The notes beneath the pieces are model-generated. The model ran no database searches. It was given only the letters and a program-made list of their open reading frames with translations, and was not told the DNA's origin. From assembly GCA_964057225.1 (NCBI GenBank), contig OZ059895.1:22444001-22508000 (forward strand): a DNA stretch of 64,000 nucleotides, written 5' to 3'. This document shows positions 54,601-64,000 of this stretch, in pieces. Within the stretch, counting starts at the first letter, position 1. The number at the start of each line of letters is the position of its first letter. Source of the stretch: Auanema rhodensis (lineage: Eukaryota; Animalia; Nematoda). Both the position numbers and the translations under genes were made by a program.

Positions 54601-57600
54601 TTTCAAAATTAGATTCCCCATGTCCATATTAGTCTAAAAACAAATTTTTGTTGATATTGGTGGATGGTAACCATGACTTTGAAATTTACGTGAACTTTAA
54701 TTTATGCTAATTAAGTGTACACATGATGTGCGCTTGGTATGTAACTTGCTTCACGTGAAAGATAAAGGGATGCGGTTTTCAAAATTAGATTCCCCATGTC
54801 CATATTAGTCTAAAAACAAATTTTTGTTGATATTGGTGCATGGCAACCATGACTTTAAAATTTACGTGAACTTTAATTTATGCTAATTAAGTGTACACAT
54901 GATGTGCACTTGGTATGTAACTCGCTTCACGTGAAAGATAAAGAGATGCGGTTTTCAAAATTAGATTCCCCATCGCTATATTAGTCTAAAAACAAATTTT
55001 TGTTGATATTGGTGGATGGTAACCATGACTTTGAAATTTACGTGAACTTTAATTTATGCTAATTAAGTGTACACATGATGTGCGCTTGGTATGTAACTTG
55101 CTTCACGTGAAAGATAAAGGGATGCGGTTTTCAAAATTAGATTCCCCATGTCCATATTAGTCTAAAAACAAATTTTTGTTGATATTGGTGCATGGCAACC
55201 ATGACTTTAAAATTTACGTGAACTTTAATTTATGCTAATTAAGTGTACACATGATGTGCACTTGGTATGTAACTCGCTTCACGTGAAAGATAAAGAGATG
55301 CGGTTTTCAAAATTAGATTCCCCATTTCCATATTAGTCTAAAAACAATATTTTATTGATATTGGTGCATGGCAACCATGACTTTAAAATTTACGTGAACT
55401 TTAATTTATGCTAATTAAGTGTACACATGATGTGCACTTGGTATGTAACTCGCTTCACGTGAAAGATAAAGAGATGCAGTTTTCAAAATTAGATTCCCCA
55501 TGTCCATATTAGTCTAAAAACAAATTTTTGTTGATATTGGTGAATGGTAACCATGACTTTGAAATTTACGTGAACTTTAATTTATGCTAATTAAGTGTAC
55601 ACATGATGTGCACTTGGTATGTAACTCGCTTCACGTCAAAGATAAAGAGATGCGGTTTTCAAAATTAGATTCCCCATGTCCATATTAGTCTAAAAACAAA
55701 TTTTTGTTGATATTGGTGGATGGTAACCATGACTTTGAAATTTACGTGAACTTTAATTTATGCTAATTAAGTGTACACATGATGTGCGCTTGGTATGTAA
55801 CTTGCTTCACGTGAAAGATAAAGGGATGCGGTTTTCAAAATTAGATTCCCCATGTCCATATTAGTCTAAAAACAAATTTTTGTTGATATTGGTGCATGGC
55901 AACCATGACTTTAAAATTTACGTGAACTTCAATTTATGCTAATTAAGTGTACACATGATGTGCACTTGGTATGTAACTCGCTTCACGTGAAAGATAAAGA
56001 GATGCAGTTTTCAAAATTAGATTCCCCATGTCCATATTAGTCTAAAAACAAATTTTTGTTGATATTGGTGAATGGTAACCATGACTTTGAAATTTACGTG
56101 AACTTTAATTTATGCTAATTAAGTGTACACGTGATGTGCACTCGGTATGTAACTCGCTTCACGTGAAATATGAAGAGATGCGGTTTTCAAAATTAGATTC
56201 CCCATGTCCATATTAGTCTAAAAACAAATTTTTATTGATATTGGTGCATGGCAATCATGACTTTAAAATTTACGTGAACTTTAATTTATGCTAATTAAGT
56301 GTACACATGATGTGCACTTGGTATGTAACTCGCTTCACGTCAAAGATAAAGAGATGCGGTTTTCAAAATTAGATTCCCCATGTCCATATTAGTCTAAAAA
56401 CAAATTTTTATTAATATTGGTGCTTGGTAACCATGACTTTGAAATTTACGTGAACTTTAATTTATGCTAATTAAGTGAACACATGATGTGCACTTGGTAT
56501 GTAACTCGCTTCACGTGAAAGATAGAGAGATGCGGTTTTCAAAATAGATTCCCCATGTCCATATTAGTCTAAAAACGAATTTTTATTGATATTGATTCAT
56601 GGTAACCATGACTTTGAAAATTACGTGAACTTTAATTTATGCTTATTAAGTGTACACGTGATGTGCACTTGGTATGTAACTCGCTTCACGTCAAAGATAA
56701 AGGGATGCGGTTTTCAAAATTAGATTCCCCATGTCCATATTAGTCTAAAAACAAATTTTTATGAATATTGGTGCATGGTAACCATGACTTTGAAATTTAC
56801 GTGAACTTTAATTTATGCTAATTAAGTGTACACATGATGTGCACTTGGTATGTAACTCGCTTCACGTCAAAGATAAAGAGATGCGGTTTTCAAAATTAGA
56901 TTCCCCATCGCTATATTAGTCTAAAAACAAATTTTTGTTGATATTGGTGGATGGTAACCATGACTTTGAAATTTACGTGAACTTTAATTTATGCTAATTA
57001 AGTGTACACATGATGTGCGCTTGGTATGTAACTTGCTTCACGTGAAAGATAAAGGGATGCGGTTTTCAAAATTAGATTCCCCATGTCCATATTAGTCTAA
57101 AAACAAATTTTTGTTGATATTGGTGCATAGCAACCATGACTTTAAAATTTACGTGAACTTTAATTTATGTTAATTAAGTGTACACATGATGTGCACTTGG
57201 TATGTAACTCGCTTCACGTGAAAGATAAAGAGATGCGGTTTTCAAAATTAGATTCCCCATGTCCATATTAGTCTAAAAACAAATTTTTGTTGATATTGGT
57301 GGATGGTAACCATGACTTTGAAATTTACGTGAACTTTAATTTATGCTAATTAAGTGTACACATGATGTGCGCTTGGTATGTAACTTGCTTCACGTGAAAG
57401 ATAAAGGGATGCGGTTTTCAAAATTAGATTCCCCATGTCCATATTAGTCTAAAAACAAATTTTTGTTGATATTGGTGCATGGCAACCATGACTTTAAAAT
57501 TTACGTGAACTTTAATTTATGCTAATTAAGTGTACACATGATGTGCACTTGGTATGTAACTCGCTTCACGTGAAAGATAAAGAGATGCAGTTTTCAAAAT

Positions 57601-60600
57601 TAGATTCCCCATGTCCATATTAGTCTAAAAACAAATTTTTGTTGATATTGGTGAATGGTAACCATGACTTTGAAATTTACGTGAACTTTAATTTATGCTA
57701 ATTAAGTGTACACATGATGTGCACTTGGTATGTAACTCGCTTCACGTCAAAGATAAAGAGATGCGGTTTTCAAAATTAGATTCCCCATGTCCATATTAGT
57801 CTAAAAACAAATTTTTGTTGATATTGGTGGATGGTAACCATGACTTTGAAATTTACGTGAACTTTAATTTATGCTAATTAAGTGTACACATGATGTGCGC
57901 TTGGTATGTAACTTGCTTCACGTGAAAGATAAAGGGATGCGGTTTTCAAAATTAGATTCCCCATGTCCATATTAGTCTTAAAACAAATTTTTGTTGATAT
58001 TGGTGCATGGCAACCATGACTTTAAAATTTACGTGAACTTTAATTTATGCTAATTAAGTGTACACATGATGTGCACTTGGTATGTAACTCGCTTCACGTG
58101 AAAGATAAAAAGATGCAGTTTTCAAAATTAGATTCCCCATGTCCATATTAGTCTAAAAACAAATTTTTGTTTATATTGGTGCATGGCAACCATGACTTTG
58201 AAATTTACGTGAACTTTAATTTATGCTAATTAAGTGTACACATGATGTGCGCTTGGTATGTAACTCGCTTCACGTGAAAGATAAAGAGATGCGGTTTTCA
58301 AAATTAGATTCCCCATTTCCATATTAGTCTAAAAACAATATTTTATTGATATTGGTGCATGGCAACCATGACTTTAAAATTTACGTGAACTTTAATTTAT
58401 GCTAATTAAGTGTACACATGATGTGCACTTGGTATGTAACTCGCTTCACGTCAAAGATAAAGAGATGCGGTTTTCAAAATTAGATTCCCCATGTCCATAT
58501 TAGTCTAAAAACAAATTTTTATGAATATTGGTGCATGGTAACCATGACTTTGAAATTTACGTGAACTTTAATTTATGCTAATTAAGTGTACACATGATGT
58601 GCACTTGGTATGTAACTCGCTTCACGTCAAAGATAAAGAGATGCGGTTTTCAAAATTAGATTCCCCATCGCTATATTAGTCTAAAAACAAATTTTTGTTG
58701 ATATTGGTGGATGGTAACCATGACTTTGAAATTTACGTGAACTTTAATTTATGCTAATTAAGTGTACACATGATGTGCGCTTGGTATGTAACTTGCTTCA
58801 CGTGAAAGATAAAGGGATGCGGTTTTGAAAATTAGATTCCCCATGTCCATATTAGTCTAAAAACAAAATTTTGTTGATATTGGTGCATGGCAACCATGAC
58901 TTTAAAATTTACGTGAACTTTAATTTATGCTAATTAAGTGTACACATGATGTGCACTTGGTATGTAACTCGCTTCACGTGAAAGATAAAGAGATGCGGTT
59001 TTCAAAATTAGATTCCCCATTTCCATATTAGTCTAAAAACAATATTTTATTGATATTGGTGCATGGCAACCATGACTTTAAAATTTACGTGAACTTTAAT
59101 TTATGCTAATTAAGTGTACACATGATGTGCACTTGGTATGTAACTCGCTTCACGTCAAAGATAAAGAGATGCGGTTTTCAAAATTAGATTCCCCATGTCC
59201 ATATTAGTCTAAAAACAAATTTTTGTTGATATTGGTGGATGGTAACCATGACTTTGAAATTTACGTGAACTTTAATTTATGCTAATTAAGTGTACACATG
59301 ATGTGCGCTTGGTATGTAACTTGCTTCACGTGAAAGATAAAGGGATGCGGTTTTCAAAATTAGATTCCCCATGTCCATATTAGTCTAAAAACAAATTTTT
59401 GTTGATATTGGTGCATGGCAACCATGACTTTAAAATTTACGTGAACTTTAATTTATGCTAATTAAGTGTACACATGATGTGCACTTGGTATGTAACTCGC
59501 TTCACGTGAAAGATAAAGAGATGCGGTTTTCAAAATTAGATTCCCCATTTTCATATTAGTCTAAAAACTATATTTTATTGATATTGGTGCATGGCAACCA
59601 TGACTTTAAAATTTACGTGAACTTTAATTTATGCTAATTAAGTGTACACATGATGTGCACTTGGTATGTAACTCGCTTCACGTCAAAGATAAAGAGATGC
59701 GGTTTTCAAAATTAGATTCCCCATGTCCATATTAGTCTAAAAACAAATTTTTATTGATATTGGTGCATGGCAACCATGACTTTGAAATTTACGTGAACTT
59801 TAATTTATGCTAATTAAGTGTACACATGATGTGCACTTGGTATGTAACTCGCTTCACGTCAAAGATAAAGAGATGCGGTTTTCAAAATTAGATTCCCCAT
59901 GTCCATATTAGTCTAAAAACAAATTTTTGTTGATATTGGTGGATGGTAACCATGACTTTGAAATTTACGTGAACTTTAATTTATGCTAATTAAGTGTACA
60001 CATCATGTGCGCTTGGTATGTAACTTGCTTCACGTGAAAGATAAAGGGATGGGGTTTTCAAAATTAGATTCCCCATGTCCATATTAGTCTAAAAACAAAT
60101 TTTTGTTGATATTGGTGCATGGCAACCATGACTTTGAAATTTACGTGAACTTTAATTTATGCTAATTAAGTGTACACATGATGTGCACTTGGTATGTAAC
60201 TCGCTTCACGTGAAAGATAAAGAGATGCGGTTTTCAAAATTAGATTCCCCATTTTCATATTAGTCTAAAAACAATATTTTATTGATATTGGTGCATGGCA
60301 ACCATGACTTTAAAATTTACGTGAACTTTAATTTATGCTAATTAAGTGTACACATGATGTGCACTTGGTATGTAACTCGCTTCACGTCAAAGATAAAGAG
60401 ATGCGGTTTTCAAAATTAGATTCCCCATGTCCATATTAGTCTAAAAACAAATTTTTATTGATATTGGTGCATGGCAACCATGACTTTGAAATTTACGTGA
60501 ACTTTAATTTATGCTAATTAAGTGTACACATGATGTGCACTTGGTATGTAACTCGCTTCACGTCAAAGATAAAGAGATGCGGTTTTCAAAATTAGATTCC

Positions 60601-63600
60601 CCATGTCCATATTAGTCTAAAAACAAATTTTTGTTGATATTGGTGGATGGTAACCATGACTTTGAAATTTACGTGAACTTTAATTTATGCTAATTAAGTG
60701 TACACATGATGTGCGCTTGGTATGTAACTTGCTTCACGTGAAAGATAAAGGGATGCGGTTTTCAAAATTAGATTCCCCATGTCTATATTAGTCTAAAAAC
60801 AAATTTTTATTGATATTGGTGCATGGCAACCATGACTTTGAAATTTACGTGAACTTTAATTTATGCTAATTAAGTGTACACATGATGTGCACTTGGTATG
60901 TAACTCGCTTCACGTCAAAGATAAAGAGATGCGGTTTTCAAAATTAGATTCCCCATGTCCATATTAGTCTAAAAACAAATTTTTGTTGATATTGGTGGAT
61001 GGTAACCATGACTTTGAAATTTACGTGAACTTTAATTTATGCTAATTAAGTGTACACATGATGTGCGCTTGGTATGTAACTTGCTTCACGTGAAAGATAA
61101 AGGGATGGGGTTTTCAAAATTAGATTCCCCATGTCCATATTAGTCTAAAAACAAATTTTTGTTGATATTGGTGCATGGCAACCATGACTTTGAAATTTAC
61201 GTGAACTTTAATTTATGCTAATTAAGTGTACACATGATGTGCACTTGGTATGTAACTCGCTTCACGTGAAAGATAAAGAGATGCGGTTTTCAAAATTAGA
61301 TTCCCCATTTTCATATTAGTCTAAAAACAATATTTTATTGATATTGGTGCATGGCAACCATGACTTTAAAATTTACGTGAACTTTAATTTATGCTAATTA
61401 AGTGTACACATGATGTGCACTTGGTATGTAACTCGCTTCACGTCAAAGATAAAGAGATGCGGTTTTCAAAATTAGATTCCCCATGTCCTTATTAGTCTAA
61501 AAACAAATTTTTATTAATATTGGTGCATGGTAACCATGACTTTGAAATTTACGTGAACTTTAATTTATGCTAATTAAGTGTACACATGATGTGCGCTTGG
61601 TATGTAACTCGCTTCACGTGAAAGATAAAGAGATGCGGTTTTCAAAATTAGATTCCTCATGTCCATACTAGTCTAAAAACGAATTTTTATTGATATTGAT
61701 GCATGGTAACCATGACTTTGAAATTTACGTGAACTTTAATTTATGCTTATTAAGTGTACACGTGATGTGCACTTGGTATGTAACTTGCTTCACGTGAAAG
61801 ATAAAGGGATGCGGTTTTCAAAATTAGATTCCCCATGTCCATATTAGTCTAAAAACAAATTTTTGTTGATATTGGTGGATGGTAACCATGACTTTGTAAT
61901 TTACGTGAACTTTAATTTATGCTAATTAAGTGTACACGTGATGTGCACTTGGTATGTAACTCGCTTCACGTGAAAGATAAAGAGATGCGGTTTTCAAAAT
62001 TAGATTCCCCATTTCCATATTAGTCTAAAAACAATATTTTATTGATATTGGTGCATGGCAACCATGACTTTAAAATTTACGTGAACTTTAATTTATGCTA
62101 ATAAAGTGTACACATGATGTGCACTTGGTATGTAACTCGCTTCACGTGAAAGATAAAGAGATGCGGTTTTCAAAATTAGATTCCCCATTTTCATATTAGT
62201 CTAAAAACAATATTTTATTGATATTGGTGCATGGCAACCATGACTTTAAAATTTACGTGAACTTTAATTTATGCTAATTAAGTGTACACATGATGTGCAC
62301 TTGGTATGTAACTCGCTTCACGTCAAAGATAAAGAGATGCGGTTTTCAAAATTAGATTCCCCATGTCCATATTAGTCTAAAAACAAATTTTTGTTGATAT
62401 TGGTGGATGGTAACCATGACTTTGTAATTTACGTGAACTTTAATTTATGCTAATTAAGTGTACACATGATGTGCGCTTGGTATGTAACTCGCTTCACGTG
62501 AAAGATAAAGAGATGCGGTTTTCAAAATTAGATTCCCCATTTCCATATTAGTCTAAAAACAATATTTTATTGATATTGGTGCATGGCAACCATGACTTTA
62601 AAATTTACGTGAACTTTAATTTATGCTAATTAAGTGTACACATGATGTGCACTTGGTATGTAACTCGCTTCACGTCAAAGATAAAGAGATGCGGTTTTCA
62701 AAATTAGATTCCCCATGTCCATATTAGTCTAAAAACAAATTTTTATTAATATTGGTGCATGGTAACCATGACTTTGAAATTTACGTGAACTTTAATTTAT
62801 GCTAATTAAGTGTACACATGATGTGCGCTTGGTATGTAACTCGCTTCACGTGAAAGATAAAGAGATGCGGTTTTCAAAATTAGATTCCTCATGTCCATAC
62901 TAGTCTAAAAACGAATTTTTATTGATATTGATGCATGGTAACCATGACTTTGAAATTTACGTGAACTTTAATTTATGCTTATTAAGTGTACACGTGATGT
63001 GCACTTGGTATGTAACTTGCTTCACGTGAAAGATAAAGGGATGCGGTTTTCAAAATTAGATTTCCCATTTCCATATTAGTCTAAAAACAATATTTTATTG
63101 ATATTGGTGCATGGCAACCATGACTTTAAAATTTACGTGAACTTTAATTTATGCTAATTAAGTGTACACATGATGTGCACTTGGTATGTAACTCGCTTCA
63201 CGTCAAAGATAAAGAGATGCGGTTTTCAAAATTAGATTCCCCATTTTTATATTAGTCTAAAAACAATATTTTATTGATATTGGTGCATGGCAACCATGAC
63301 TTTAAAATTTACGTGAACTTTAATTTATGCTAATTAAGTGTACACATGATGTGCACTTGGTATGTAACTCGCTTCACGTCAAAGATAAAGAGATGCGGTT
63401 TTCAAAATTAGATTCCCCATGTCCATATTAGTCTAAAAACAAATTTTTGTTGATATTGGTGGATGGTAACCATGACTTTGTAATTTACGTGAACTTTAAT
63501 TTATGCTAATTAAGTGTACACATGATGTGCGCTTGGTATGTAACTCGCTTCACGTGAAAGATAAAGAGATGCGGTTTTCAAAATTAGATTCCCCATTTCC

Positions 63601-64000
63601 ATATTAGTCTAAAAACAATATTTTATTGATATTGGTGCATGGCAACCATGACTTTAAAATTTACGTGAACTTTAATTTATGCTAATTAAGTGTACACATG
63701 ATGTGCACTTGGTATGTAACTCGCTTCACGTCAAAGATAAAGAGATGCGGTTTTCAAAATTAGATTCCCCATGTCCATATTAGTCTAAAAACAAATTTTT
63801 ATTAATATTGGTGCATGGTAACCATGACTTTGAAATTTACGTGAACTTTAATTTATGCTAATTAAGTGTACACATGATGTGCGCTTGGTATGTAACTCGC
63901 TTCACGTGAAAGATAAAGAGATGCGGTTTTCAAAATTAGATTCCTCATGTCCATACTAGTCTAAAAACGAATTTTTATTGATATTGATGCATGGTAACCA
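39700..64000 (+). repeat. Trimer-based (528-bp) HOR domain, interleaved with longer block duplications
   Basis: A P-Q-R order recurs: P (CACGTCA, GGATGGT), Q (GTGCGC, ACTTGC, AAGGGA, GGCAACC), and R (CATTTCC with AACAATAT, or GATGCAG with GAATGG). Examples are P at 42385, 42913, 43617 and 44145, and Q at 42561, 43089, 43793 and 44321. Domain boundaries are approximate. Confidence 0.8.

Larger units (their letters stand above)
1..64000 (+). repeat. Tandem satellite DNA array, 176-bp monomer, about 364 copies, single orientation (candidate centromeric/pericentromeric satellite)
   Basis: Monomer starts (TTATGCTWATTAAGTG, or ATATGC at 1055) at 1, 176, 352, 528, 704, 880, 1055, 1231 and onward to the window end, spaced 176 bp (175 where AAAATTAG becomes AAAATAG). 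Copies differ by only a few SNPs and no non-satellite sequence was seen. The array runs off both window ends. The centromeric role is inferred, not shown. Confidence 0.98.

Noticed and set aside
1-64000. CRISPR array or other repeat-spacer system
   Set aside because: There are no unique spacers; the whole 176 bp repeats with only SNP-level variation. No cas or other genes are present.
1-64000. Tandem 5S rRNA, tRNA, snRNA or spliced-leader gene array
   Set aside because: I found no recognisable 5S sequence, Pol III A/B/C boxes or cloverleaf. A covariance-model (Rfam) search was not run.
1-64000. Embedded transposon, inversion or telomeric repeat
   Set aside because: Monomer phase and orientation were continuous wherever checked, with no foreign sequence. 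This was a manual reading, so a very small insertion could have been missed.
1-64000. SNP pattern as an information-bearing combinatorial code or variation cassette system
   Set aside because: The allele combinations are adequately explained by duplication and recombination among monomers, and there is no expression locus or recombinase in the window.

Overview
The whole 64-kb window is one uninterrupted head-to-tail tandem satellite array of about 364 copies of an AT-rich (about 32% GC by hand count) 176-bp monomer. Consensus: TTATGCTAATTAAGTGTACACRTGATGTGCRCTTGGTATGTAACTYGCTTCACGTSAAAGATAAAGRGATGCGGTTTTCAAAATTAGATTCCCCATGTCCATATTAGTCTAAAAACRAATTTTTRTTGATATTGRTGCATGGYAACCATGACTTTRAAATTTACGTGAACTTTAAT. 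There are 175-bp variants and one 174-bp variant. I found no genes, transposon insertions, inversions or CRISPR arrays, and the six ORFs are single monomers that have lost an internal stop codon. The nucleosome-sized unit, high homogeneity and higher-order repeat (HOR) organisation point to a eukaryotic centromeric or pericentromeric satellite; this is inference, and I cannot identify the organism or family. Diagnostic SNPs resolve distinct domains: a 10-mer HOR (1758 bp) with a 4922-bp super-period at 1-13.9 kb, a variant-set switch near 15.2 kb, an 8/9-mer domain at 20.7-26.2 kb, a clean 17-mer tandem duplication at 29.7-35.7 kb, and a trimer-based domain with long-range block copies at about 40-64 kb. 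The monomer is rich in palindromes and carries three ACGTGA motifs about 32-33 bp apart. Many of its polymorphisms are CpG-type transitions, but two of the ACGT cores are almost untouched.
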